This document shows positions 42,157-53,300 of a stretch of DNA of 64,000 nucleotides, piece by piece. This DNA is from an uncultured Chloroflexia bacterium (GTDB taxonomy: Bacteria; Chloroflexota; Anaerolineae; JAAYZQ01), in NCBI GenBank assembly GCA_963700285.1, contig CAVOXA010000010.1, positions 1,504,001 through 1,568,000 of the forward strand, read 5' to 3'. The position numbers were made by a program, and so were the translations under genes. Below the pieces are notes generated by a model. It made no database searches. It was not told the origin of the DNA and saw only the letters and a program-made list of their open reading frames with translations. The stretch's first letter is position 1, and each line of letters begins with the position of its first letter.

Positions 42157-42522
42157 CTACAGTCGGTCCTGGCTGGGCTGCCGGCCAATAGCCTGCCTGC
42201 GGTCCCGGTGGCCATCCCTGGGTTCCCCCTCCCCCTGGATGACGATCACTGGTGGACTGTTGCCCTGCCTGGTCTGACGCTCCGCCCCTGGGACCTGCTG
42301 AGGGTCCCTCCGGGTGAGTACCACCAATAACAGCAGAGAGGTGGGAATACTAGCTGCTATCCCACACACTACTCCGATAACTACTGCCATGGCCTCGGTG
42401 CTCATCTGCTGGCCCACCTCCACCGCCAGTACTACAGCAGAGACCGCACCCAATACCAAGACCACATGTTTGGCGTTTCCACCAAACCCACGAAACTCCA
42501 GCCCGCGTTCTCTGCGCTCCAT
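42157..42522 (-). CDS. Small two-TM membrane protein of unknown function
   Basis: Two hydrophobic helices (VVLVLGAVSAVVLAV; AMAVVIGVVCGIAASIPTSLLLLVVL); AGGGGG RBS. Confidence 0.7.
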   Translation of the reverse strand: MERRERGLEFRGFGGNAKHVVLVLGAVSAVVLAVEVGQQMSTEAMAVVIGVVCGIAASIPTSLLLLVVLTRRDPQQVPGAERQTRQGNSPPVIVIQGEGEPRDGHRDRRQAIGRQPSQDRL

Positions 42523-42611
42523 GGCTCACTACCCCCTCTATCTATGCCATTCCACGATACTTTGGGATCCCAGCCAGGCCAAGTTTGCAGCGCGGCTGCT
42601 CTCAACTTCAG

Positions 42612-42625
42612 AGAACATTTGTTCT
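42612..42625. promoter_or_regulatory. LexA (SOS) box
   Basis: AGAAC-ATTT-GTTCT matches the GAAC-N4-GTTC LexA motif. Confidence 0.75.
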
Positions 42626-42633
42626 ATATCTGG

Positions 42634-42662
42634 ATTGTAACAGATCATTGGCCTGATGTCAA
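42634..42662 (-). promoter_or_regulatory. Sigma70 promoter adjacent to the SOS box
   Basis: Minus strand TTGACA-17 bp-TACAAT. Confidence 0.8.
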
Positions 42663-42865
42663 ACCAGGCATGATTGGGGTCAGGCAGACCTGCCCGTGCC
42701 CGAATCGAGGCGGGAGCAGCACACCCGCATGCCACAGTATCGGGGGTTCTTCAGTTGCCAAACTCGGAGAATGTGGTATAATAGGAGCCGCGGATGGCCG
42801 CCTTGCGCCTTGTGGAACGCTGAGGCTGGGGGCGGCGTTCTTTTTGCCGAAAGAGGTATAGATCA

Positions 42866-45290
42866 ATGGCGAACCACAACTTGGATGGAGGCGAGGTCAC
42901 GCTAGCGCGCACACTAGGTCTTTTTGACGCCACCATGATCGGCCTGGGGGCCATGATCGGGGCTGGCGTTTTCGTGCTGACGGGCATCGCGGCTGGCGGG
43001 GCGGGTCCGGCGGCGATCATTGCCTTTGCTCTTAATGGTATTGTCACCACCTTCACGGCGTTTAGCTATGCCGAATTGGCCTCCGCCATCCCTGAGGCCG
43101 GCGGAGGTTATTCTTTCGTCAAGCGGGCCATGCCGCCTGCGCTGGGATTTCTGTCTGGTTGGATGCTCTGGTTTGCCTATACGGTGGCCTGCGCCCTCTA
43201 CGCTGTGGGCTTTGGTGGCTACTTTGTCGAGCTGTTGGGTGGCTATTGGCCCGCCGCCTACGAGGCATTGATCGGCACTCTGGGACATCACTATGCCGTG
43301 GCGCTGGTCACCTTTTTCATCAGTGCCTTCTTTATCAGCCTCAACGTGTTGGGCGCCGATGTGACTGGCAAGGCCGAGAATATCGTGACCATGGCCAAGA
43401 TCATCATTCTCGGGTTGTTCATCTCATTTGGGTTGATTGCACTGTTCAAGCGACCGGATGCCGTGACCGCTTTCAAGCCCATGTTTCCCAAGGGCTTTGG
43501 CGGAGTTATCGCGGCCATGGGGCTGACTTTTATCGCCTTTGAGGGCTACGATCTCATCGCCACTGTAAGCGAAGAGGTCAAGGACCCGAAAAAGAACATT
43601 CCCAAGGCGACATTTATCTCCCTTGGGGCTGCTGTACTCATCTACCTGTTCATCTTGTTGGTTTCCATCGGTGCTGTGGACCCTACCGGCTTTGACGTAT
43701 ACGGCAAGACCTACGATCAACTGCCTGCTGAGTTAGAGATCACCGAACCGCTGGACCCCAACGACCCAGAGATCAATACTTCCTGGGAGATCCTGGGCAT
43801 CTACAAGGAAACCGGCATCGTCCGTGCCGCGCGAGAACTTTATGCCCCAGTTCGGAGTAGCCCTTATTGTCTTTGGCGGGCTTTTTTCCACCATGTCTGC
43901 GCTGAATGCCACCGTTCTGGCCTCGTCGCGGGTCAGTTTCAGCATGGGACGCGAGCGGATGCTGCCCCCTGCTTTGGGAAGCATCCATCCCTTGCGCCGA
44001 ACTCCCCACGTGGCTGTGCTCATCACAGGGCTCATTATCGTGGCCGTCGCCGTGCTGCTGCCTCTGGAGGTGGTGGGTTCTGGGGCGAGCTTGATGTTTT
44101 TGCTTTCCTTTGCCCTGACCAACGCGGCCATGATCTTGATCCGGGTCAACGAGCCTGACCTGCCCCGGGGCTTTCGGGCGCCGCTTTTTCCTCTGCTGCC
44201 GATCCTGGGCATTGTCTTCAACCTTGGGCTGGCTATCTATTTGTTCACCTTCCAACCAATGGCCTGGTACGTTGGCCTGATCTGGGTGGTTCTGGGCGCG
44301 GTGGTCTATCTGGCTTATACGGTACGTGCAGGGGAGCAGGAGCCGTGGCTGCCGGTCAAGATCTTGCACGAAGAGCGACTGGTACCCAAAGAGTACAACG
44401 TACTGATTCCCCTGGCCAATGAGAAGCAAGCACGGATGTTGGGCATCCTGGGAGCAGCCATTGCCAAGGGACACGATGGTGAGGTACTGGCCCTGCACGT
44501 TGTCCGGGTGCCGGTTCAGCTCTCGATGTCCAATGGACGGATGTTTTTGAGGGAGGGCAAGCCAATTCTGGAGGAGGCTATTCACCAGGCCCAGGAGCTG
44601 GATGTCCCAGTGCACACCATGATCCGATTGGACCGGCATGTCGGACGAGCGATCATCGACACCGCTCGGGAGCAACGGGTAGATTTGATGATTATGGGTT
44701 GGCCTGGCGAGACTGAAAGTCCACACCGTGCTTTTGGAAGCGTAATCGATCTGGTTGCCGTTAACCCGCCGTGCGACTTGGCCGTGGTCCGTTTCCGAAA
44801 GCGGCAGGAGCCGAGACGGATCCTGGTGCCCACCTCCGGGGGCGCGAACACCAATCTGGCCATCAGCCTGGCCATAGACCAGGCCCGCCAGTTTGCTGCA
44901 CAAACTGGGGAGTCGCCGGTTATCACCCTGCAATACATCTGTGTCCCGGCTGCGGCCAGTCCCGAAGTGCGGGCCCGGGGCTATGAACTCTTGCACAACC
45001 TGGCCTCAGCTTTCGACTTTCCCTTGGAAGTGAAGGTGACAGCAGCTGACGATGTAGTGGATGGCATTGTGGCGGAGTCTGGCCAGCATAATCTGGTGGT
45101 GATCGGCGCTACGGCTGAGCGCCTGTTCGATCAAGCTCTTTTTGGTACCATCCCTGAACATGTTGCACGCCGCGCTCCGGTCACCGTCATGATGGTCAAG
45201 GGGTACAAGGGGCCGGTGAGGTCGTGGATCGGGCGCAGTTTCTCTCAGTTTTTTGCCTTGGGCGAGCGACGGCGTGCCAAGTCTCCCTAG
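42866..45290 (+). CDS. APC amino-acid permease with two C-terminal USP domains (one frameshift near 43830)
   Basis: GAMIGAGVF, YAELASAIPEAGG, FEGY..EEVKDP; USP segments VLIPLAN, ILVPTSGG, VVIGA. Confidence 0.9.
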
Positions 45291-45300
45291 GTCCCCTTTT

Positions 45301-45329
45301 TTGCCAAATCAGTGTGCCTGTGCTAGAAT
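45301..45329 (+). promoter_or_regulatory. Sigma70 promoter with extended -10
   Basis: TTGCCA-17 bp-TAGAAT preceded by TG. Confidence 0.65.
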
Positions 45330-45336
45330 CCGCGTT

Positions 45337-45490
45337 ATGCTCGCCGTAGGAGAGTGGTGGAATTCATAAGCGTGCATTGCCAAAGACCCCGGGCTGAGCC
45401 GACGCTGACCGGCAAATGCCAGTCGGCTGCGGGCTTGGTTTCGGGGTATTTTCACGTGATGAGTACCAAGAATCTATCTTAAGGCCGTTT
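45337..45490 (+). ncRNA. Candidate rod-shaped structured RNA (6S-like)
   Basis: Long nested pairing with G-U pairs and an internal bubble, starting just after a promoter; non-coding. Confidence 0.5.
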
Positions 45491-45677
45491 CAATGCTCCA
45501 GGTTTCGAGCGGAAGCTTTCGTCGGAGGTACATATTATACTCGGAACGGGCATCTGGAGCTTTTTCGATAAGCGATTGGCACCTCTGTCGGTTGTGGTGG
45601 AGCAAGGTGCCAGGTTTTGAGCGAACAGAACCGTAGACTGTGGATTGGGATCTGAGGCAAAGAACGGAGGAGAGACT

Positions 45678-48600
45678 ATGGGACAGGATCAAAACTCGTT
45701 TCTCGGGGAGCTAGGTTCAGCCCTGGAAAACAGACGGACCGGTTGGGTCCTCAACGTTGCAATTGTGGCCCTGGTGATGGCGGCCCTGCTCTTGCCGCCA
45801 GTGTCGGCTCAGGAGCGTGTTCTCGATGCGGGCTATGAGACGATTGATCATGAAACAGGAGGCTCCGTAGAGGATCCCGATGGCATGCAGGTGACCGTGT
45901 GGCCGCAAGGGATGGAAAAAAACGTCAAGTTGAAGGTCGAGTCGGTGCCGAGGAGCCAGCTTTATGGATGGTTCGGCGGGTAGTGATCTGGTCGAGGCAG
46001 CCAAGTTGCTTCCCTCTCACCTGCACGTCAAGAGCCCTATCTATGAGATTGGTCTCAAGGGTCCCATGCCCACCAGCGCGTCGCTTGTCGTTCCGATTCC
46101 CAACAATGCAGAGCCCTACGAGACGCTGTCCCTCTACAGTTGGAACGGCGAAGAATGGGAGTTCGTGCCAAGCCAGGTGATTCTCGAAGACGATGCCCTT
46201 GAGGCTCACCTGGACTATCTGCCGCAGACGGTTACCGCGGTTCAGAGTGCTGCACAACCACCGAGAGTGAGTGCCGAGTTGCCGGAATATGTCTCGCTCC
46301 CTGATCTGGGAAACCAGGCTCTGACGGAGCTGAACCCTCTGGGCTACTATCTGGGATCTGAGAACAATATCGAAGGCAGCCTGCCCACGCTACCTGAAAT
46401 GGAGGGCGGAGAGTCGTATCGCGTGCTGCCTACCCTGCGCAACTGGACTGACGACGGAGTTGTGCGCAGCGACTTGGTCGACAATATGCTGGTTGCTCCC
46501 GAGTCCCGCGATGCCCACGCCCAAGCCATCGTGGATCTGGTGGTAGGTGAAATGTATGGTGGGATTGACTTGGACTATCAGGGCATCAACCCAGACTTGA
46601 GTGACGAGTATACGTATCTTTCGTCAATCGCTTGACTGAGGAGCTACACGCCAATGGCAAGCGGCTCACGCTGCACGCCGAGACGCCTGTCCAGATCTCC
46701 GAAGACGTCTGGGAAACGGGGGCGTACGACTGGGTAGCCTTGGGGCGGGCCGTGGATGGGTTCAAGTTCCCTGCAGGCCAGGATCCGGCAGCCTACGCGC
46801 CAGGGGGCCAGATGGAATCCCTTCTTTGGTGGGCGGTGGGCGAGGTTGAACGGTACAAACTGCAACCTTTGTACTCAACACATAGTGTGGAGAATGCAAA
46901 CGGCGTATTGCTAGAACATACCTACCGCGATGCCCTGGCCAGGCTGAGTGATGTAGCGGTTCAGCAAGGGGATGATGTTCTAGATCCTGGCGAGCAGGTG
47001 ACCGTGAGCCTTGATACTGCAGGGGTCCAGTTCGACCCTTCCAGTGGCCAGTACTGGTTTACCTACAATGACGAGGCAAGCGGCCAGCAGCGAACGATCT
47101 GGCTGGAGGATGCCAGCAGCGCTCAGCCGGAAACTGGACCTATTGAGTCGCTTCAACCTTGGAGGCGTAGCCTTTGCAGCGCTGTGGGACGAGGGCAACG
47201 ATCCCCGCATGTGGGATCTGGTGCGCGATTATCAAGCCTCAGGTCAAGCGGGGCTGGCGCCCGTGGATAGCAGCTTCTCTGTCGTATGGAGCGTGGAGAA
47301 TACAGGCGCAGGCCAGATTTCTGAAGAGACCACCGGGCTGGACCAGGTCAGCTATACCTGGACAGCGCTCGAACCAGGCGAGTATCAGATTGGCGCTGCT
47401 ATTGTTGCCAACAATGGCCAGACAGTGGCAGGCAGTGACAAAGTCGCCCTTGTCGTGGTCACCCCGTCGCCGACGCCAACCCCGACCCCAACGCCCACGC
47501 CGGTTCCAACGATGACGCCCACGCCGTTGCCGTCGCCCACTCCCACCCCTATCCCGCCCACTCCCACCCCTATCCCGCCCACGCCCGCAACGTCGAGCAG
47601 CAGCCCCAAACCAACAGCCCAACCAAGCAGCGGTGGCGGCAGCAGCAATCCTCCACCCAATACCAAGTTTGGCTATGGCATCCAGGCGCACATGGTTCAT
47701 AACGGCCAGGAAGGTACCGTCATGGCCAAAACCAAGGACATGGGCTTTGGTTGGGTCAAGCAACAGGTGGAATGGAAACACTTTGAGGCGAGCAGGGGCA
47801 ACTATGACTGGGGCGCCTTGGACCCCATTGTAAATGCAGCCAAGGCTGCGGGCGTCAAAGTTCTGTGGAGTGTGGTGAATGCCCCTCCATGGGCGCGTCC
47901 GGGCGGGGACCTGAGTGTCGGCGGCCCACCCAACAACCCCCAGGATTTTGCCAACTTTTTGGGAGCGATGGCGGGCCGTTACTGCGGGAGTAGTGTCAAG
48001 GCCATTGAGGTCTGGAACGAGCAGAACCTGCACTACGAATGGGGCAACCAGAAGATCGATCCTGCTGCCTACATGGCGCTGCTCAAACCCTCCTACAACA
48101 AGATCAAGGCGGCGTGCCCCAGCATGATTGTGATCAGTGGGGCCCTGACACCCACCGGCGCTCCGGCTCCCAAGGCTATGGATGACTATGCCTACCTGGA
48201 AGGCATGTACCAGAACGGCCTAAAGAACTATAGCGACGCCATCGGCGCGCACCCCAGCGGCTTTAACGTGGCGCCCTGGGTACCGGGTGGGAAGGCAGCC
48301 TGCGATTTCATCACCGACAGATGCTGCCAGTTTTCGGGGGCCGTGCAATACCTTGCATCATTCCTGGAGTTTCTATGCTACGTTGAATGGATATTACCGG
48401 ATCATGCAAAAGTACGGCGATGGCGGGAAAAAGATCTGGCCGACCGAGTTTGGCTGGGCAACCAACTGGATCGGCGACGCGAGCTATGGCTACGCCCAGG
48501 ACAATACCCGGGAAGAGCAGGCTACCTGGACGGCAGAAGCCTACAAATTGATGAAACAGTGGGGCTTTGTGGGGGTTGCCTTTCTCTGGAACCTCAACTT

Positions 48601-48703
48601 TGATGTGGTCGCCCCGGGTACCGAAAAGGCGCAATGGGCCATCCTTAATTCTGACTGGAGCGCGACGGCGGCGTACAATAGGCTCAAGGCTCTGCCAAAG
48701 TAG
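45678..48703 (+). CDS. Multi-domain secreted glycoside hydrolase: GH18-like barrel + PT linker + clan GH-A (GH5/GH39-like) domain (frameshifted)
   Basis: [25 protein letters not shown]; EVWNEQN, AIGAHP, WPTEFGW, FLWNL. Confidence 0.8.
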
Positions 48704-48722
48704 TAGGTTCGATATGCAAAGT

Positions 48723-48756
48723 ACAGGGCACGGGTTGTCACCCGTGCCCTGTTTTG
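48723..48756 (+). terminator. Intrinsic terminator
   Basis: ACAGGGCACGGG-ttgtca-CCCGTGCCCTGT followed by TTT. Confidence 0.85.
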
Positions 48757-48875
48757 TGATCGGATCTGCTCAGCAGCCCGTGCTCTCCACGTTGTAGCCC
48801 TTGCGACCAGCCCCTGAATGAAAGAGAGGCCATCAGATTGTCATCTGACTGCCTCGCCTTTGGGTGTGTGCTGGT

Positions 48876-49670
48876 TCAATAGGTACGCTGCCAGTCGACC
48901 CGATGTCCGTTTACAGCATTTGCATCGAACTGGATCTGTACCTTGGTACTGATTTGGTTGCCGGCGGCATCCACAAGAGCGATCTCCCAATTGACCACGG
49001 AAGTGTTGATGGGAATGTCATAGTTACCTAACTCGGCCCCCCCTTTGGTGATGGCCACGATTGGCGGATTCCATTCATTGGCTACTTGCACCGAGACTCC
49101 CTCTAGGCCGTTGCCAGCAGCATCTTTGACTGTGCCATAGATATAGCAGCAGATGGGATAGTCGGGATTGGCAGCAGGGGGACCGGCCAAACGGAACTGG
49201 TGGGCCGGGGCGGCGACCGGTGTGGGCGGTTGTGCTGGTGGCGTGCCACCGTCGCTCGCTGGAATTGTGGGTGTACTGGCCGGCTGGCTAGGTGGTACAG
49301 CCGTATGGTTTGGTTGGACGGCAGGCACGGTTGGTGGTTTGGTCGTGGAGGTAGCAGGTAGTTCAGCAGGCTGGCTGGGTAGGGCAGATCCAGGCGAGAC
49401 TGTGATCGTGAGGGTGGTGGTGATCGCTTGCGTCAGCACTTGACCCTGATCTGGTAGACGCGTCGGGGTGAGGTTCTGGGTGGGCGTGATCCCGATAGGC
49501 GGGGCGGTGCTTGGTCTGCTGGTGGCCCCGGCTTCTTGGGCGTCGCTTTCCGGAGGCCGCTGGGCGCGCAGTGTCTCACGTCCTGAAATAAAGCCCGTGT
49601 AGGCGACGTAGAACCCCAGTATCAGAACCAACAGTATGAGCAGAAACCCAAATGCATAACCCTTGTTCAT
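48876..49670 (-). CDS. Membrane-anchored PT-rich protein with C-terminal beta-sandwich (carboxypeptidase-regulatory-like)
   Basis: N-terminal TM; PT linker; IYGTVKDAAGNGLEGV. Confidence 0.75.
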   Translation of the reverse strand: MNKGYAFGFLLILLVLILGFYVAYTGFISGRETLRAQRPPESDAQEAGATSRPSTAPPIGITPTQNLTPTRLPDQGQVLTQAITTTLTITVSPGSALPSQPAELPATSTTKPPTVPAVQPNHTAVPPSQPASTPTIPASDGGTPPAQPPTPVAAPAHQFRLAGPPAANPDYPICCYIYGTVKDAAGNGLEGVSVQVANEWNPPIVAITKGGAELGNYDIPINTSVVNWEIALVDAAGNQISTKVQIQFDANAVNGHRVDWQRTY

Positions 49671-49859
49671 GGGAGCGATCAGACCCTTGAATGTGTTGGA
49701 CGCGGTGCCAGGCTATGGCCTATGTAGACCATGGTGGAGCAGTGTGCGCATCATGATGCCGCACGTCTCATGCGGGCGCATTATACCTCAAAAGACCAAG
49801 CGGGCCAAATTGACTTGCCACCTGCTCTCTGCTGAACACAATCACCAATCGCAGCACAA

Positions 49860-49888
49860 TTGACACCATCCCCCTTTCCAGTTATAAT
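49860..49888 (+). promoter_or_regulatory. Consensus sigma70 promoter of the tRNA
   Basis: TTGACA-17 bp-TATAAT. Confidence 0.9.
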
Positions 49889-49899
49889 ACTTGTGCAGA

Positions 49900-49975
49900 G
49901 GGCGAATAGCTCAGCCGGGAGAGCGCTTCCCTTACAAGGAAGAGGTCACAGGTTCGAGCCCTGTTTCGCCCACCA
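49900..49975 (+). tRNA. tRNA-Val (TAC)
   Basis: Cloverleaf: GGGCGAA/TTCGCCC acceptor, CTTCC-CTTACAA-GGAAG anticodon arm, GGTTCGAG T-arm, encoded CCA. Confidence 0.97.
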
Positions 49976-49980
49976 TCTGC

Positions 49981-50011
49981 AAAAAGGGTCCTCATCAGGA
50001 GGACCCTTTTT
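49981..50011 (+). terminator. Terminator after tRNA
   Basis: AAAAAGGGTCCTC-atcag-GAGGACCCTTTTT. Confidence 0.9.
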
Positions 50012-50082
50012 GCATTCCACCACCCCGAGCTCGCCTTTCCTGCGACACCAGGAACTCGCCATACCCACGCAGCCAGAACCTT

Positions 50083-50130
50083 GTTATTCCTGCGGAGCCT
50101 GCCCCCGAGCAGTCAGGGGGCGGGAATCCA
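50083..50130. repeat. REP-like palindromic element
   Basis: GTTATTCCTGC...nested CCCCC/GGGGG hairpin...GCGGGAATCCA. Confidence 0.6.
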
Positions 50131-50351
50131 CACCTCCAACCAACCTATGAGCTTCCCAGTTTTTCATTTCGTCACCACAGAAACACCAGATCAGCCCGCA
50201 TTTCACTCTGCCTTTGTCCTCCTCCGCGTTCTCTGCGTCTCCGCGGTAGATCGTCCCAAATCACAACCAACACCCCACATTGCACCGCTGTCTGAAAAAT
50301 GATATACTACGGCCTCGGTAATCCGAAAACCAGCGACTTTTCAAGAGTCTT

Positions 50352-53300
50352 ATGGGGACATCAGACAAAACCGACAAGCACACCCGCTCCCACACAGGTT
50401 GGATCATCCTCCTCCTGCTCGCCATCCTCCTGCTAGGAGCCATCTTTCGTTTCTACAACGTCAACTGGGACAAGGGCACCTACCACATTCACCCCGACGA
50501 GCGCCACACGACCATGGTCGTAAGCGCTATCCAATGGCCGGCGAGCCTGGGCGAGTATTTTGACACCAGCCGCTCGCCCCTGAACCCCCGCAACGCCGGC
50601 AGCGTCTACTTTTACGGCACCCTGCCCCTCTTTCTAACCAAAGCCGTCGCCGCCCAGGCCGACAGTTTCCTCGACCTCTTCCGCCAGCCACCGCAGTTGG
50701 CCCAGGGATCGGACCAGATTGCGGGCCTGACTATCCCTGCCAGCCTGTCCAGCTATGACCAGATCCACCTCGTCGGCCGCGTCCTCTCCGCCCTCTTTGA
50801 CTTGGGCTCGGTGCTCTTGCTCTTTTTCCTGGCCCGCCGGCTCTTTGACTGGCGCGTGGGCCTCATCGCCTCCTTCCTGCTGGCCCTGACGGTGCTCAAC
50901 ATCCAGGGCTCCCATTACTTTTCCGTCGACACCTTTCTCACCTTCTTTGTCCTGCTCACCATCTGGTTCACCCTCGACGTCGCCGAGGGCAAGGGCTGGC
51001 CCGTCTTCCTGGGCCTGGGCCTGGCCATGGGGCTTACTTTGGCGGCCAAAGTGAGTGTCTTTCTCCTGGTCATCGTCGTCGCCCTCGGCGCCTGGCTCCG
51101 GGTCCGGCATCAGGTATTCGGTGGGCGCAGCCCGCGCAGCGCCTTCCTGCGTACCACGGGCGGCCTCATGCTGGCCGCCCTCGTCTCCATCTTTGTCTTT
51201 CGTTTGGCCCAACCCTACGCCTGGGCCGGCCCCAACTATGACCGCTACGACACCGTCCCCGAGCCCTGGGGCCAGCGTCTGCGCTTCTTTGAGGCCGTCC
51301 CCGAACCCATCCGCGCCGTCATCATGCCCAATCCCCAGTGGATCGCCGACATCGTCTCCGCCGGCGCCCAGCAGACCGGCGAAGCCGACATGCCCTGGGG
51401 CCGCCAGTGGACCGAACGCGCCCCCTGGCTCTGGCCCCTGGAAAACATCCTCCTCTGGGCCCTGGGCCTGCCCATCGGCATCGCCGCCATCTTGGGCATC
51501 ATCCTAGCCATCACCAACCTAATCCGCGCCTGGCGGAAGACCCGAACCCAGCCCCATCTCGCCACCCCCTCTCCCCCTCACCCCATCTCCCCCTCACCCC
51601 TTCTCCTTGTCCCTTTGACCTGGGTCCTGCTTACCTTCTTCTGGCAGGGCATGCAGTACGTCAAGTCGGTCCGCTACTTCCTGCCCATCTTTCCCTATCT
51701 ATCCATGTTCGCCGCTTACCTGGTCGTCAGCGCCTGGGACTGGGCCAAGGTCAAGGGTCGGGGCGCCAAGATCCTGGCCGGCGCCCTGGCCACCCTCGTC
51801 CTCGTCGGCGCGCTGGCCTGGGCCTGGGCCTTCCTCCAGATCTACCGCGAGCCCATCACCCGCGTCCAGGCCACCCGCTGGATGTACGAAAACATCGAGT
51901 CCGGCGCTACCCTCCACTACCGTGACCTCGATGGCGAGACCGGCCAGTTCCAGATTCCCCTGCCCTCGACCCAGGAATATACCATAGACGGCCGGTGGAT
52001 CACCAATGCCTTCACCGCACCCCAGGACCTCATCGCCACTACCCTGGTCATGAACAACCTCACCGGCCTCTACGGGCCCGTCGACGGCGCCTTTGAGGTC
52101 CAGATCCTTGCCGACCTGGCTGACGAGGTACCCCTCGCCCGGGCGCAGATCGAGGCCACCTTTGGTGGGCCCGCCTCTTTGGCTAAAACCCAAAAGCTCG
52201 TCTTCAAGCTCGGAGACGTACCTCTGGCTGAGGGCCAGCACTACTACCTGCAGACCCGGCCACTGAGCGGCGCGCCCCTGGTCAGCAAGGGTGCAGCCAT
52301 CGCCAACGAGCACTTTGACGACCCGCTACCCTTCAACATGGACGGCCGCGTGGCCTTTGGCTCGGGGTCCTACCGCGGCCTCGACCTGGCCCTCTATAAC
52401 GAGGACACGCCCGAAGAGCTGGAAGCGGTGCTCGACATCCTCGACGAGGCCGACTATATCAGCATGAGCAGCGGCCGTCTGTGGCAATCCATTCCCCGCC
52501 TGCCCATGCGCTACCCCGTCACCACCCGTTACTATGAGCTGCTCTTTGCCGAACAGTTGGGCTTTGAGAAAGCGGCCGAATTCCATTCCTACCCGCGCCT
52601 CTTTGGTTTCGAGTTCGACGACACCTGGGCCGAGGAGCAGTTCACCGTCTACGACCATCCCAAGGTACTCATCTACCGCAAGACCGCCGCCTACGACCGC
52701 GACCAGGCCCGCGCCCTGCTCAGCGACGGCGTCGACTGGGACAACATTGCCCACTGGCTCAACCCTCGCGACGTGCCCGAGTGGAAGCGTACCCACCAGC
52801 AAGAGCAACAGAGCGACCAGGAGGGAGCGGGCGATCTCAAGCTCACCGCGGCGCAGCGGCAGGTGCAGGAGCAGGGCGGCACCTGGTCCAAGATCTTTGA
52901 CCGGGGCTCTCTGCCCAACCGCTGGCCAACCCTGACCTGGCTCCTCCTGCTCGCCGTCGTCGGCCTGGCCGCGCTGCCCCTCACCCTGGCCATCCTGGGC
53001 CAGCTCCCCGACCACGGTTACATCCTGGCCCGTCTGGTGGGCGTCCTGATGCTGGCCTGGCTGGCCTGGGTACTGACCAACTATACCCCCCTGAATTACA
53101 CGCGGGGCACCATCGCCCTGGCCCTGGCCCTCATCACCTTCGTCTCCTGGGGCTCGCTCATCTTTCCCGGGCAGCGCCGCCGCCTGCTCGACCTGTGGCG
53201 CACCCGCCGCGGCCTCATCCTGGCCAGTGAACTCCTATTCCTCGGCTTTTTTGCTCTCATCTGGCTCACCCGCTGGGCCAACCCCAATCTGTGGCACGCC

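Noticed and set aside
43820-43840. Programmed frameshift in the APC-USP gene (also ugd near 57730)
   Set aside because: No convincing slippery site; same pattern as other probable sequencing indels.
47461-47600. Tandem repeats in the glycoside hydrolase gene
   Set aside because: Ordinary Pro/Thr linker coding.
49900-50350. Integrative element at tRNA-Val
   Set aside because: No integrase and no duplicated tRNA 3' end seen in the window.
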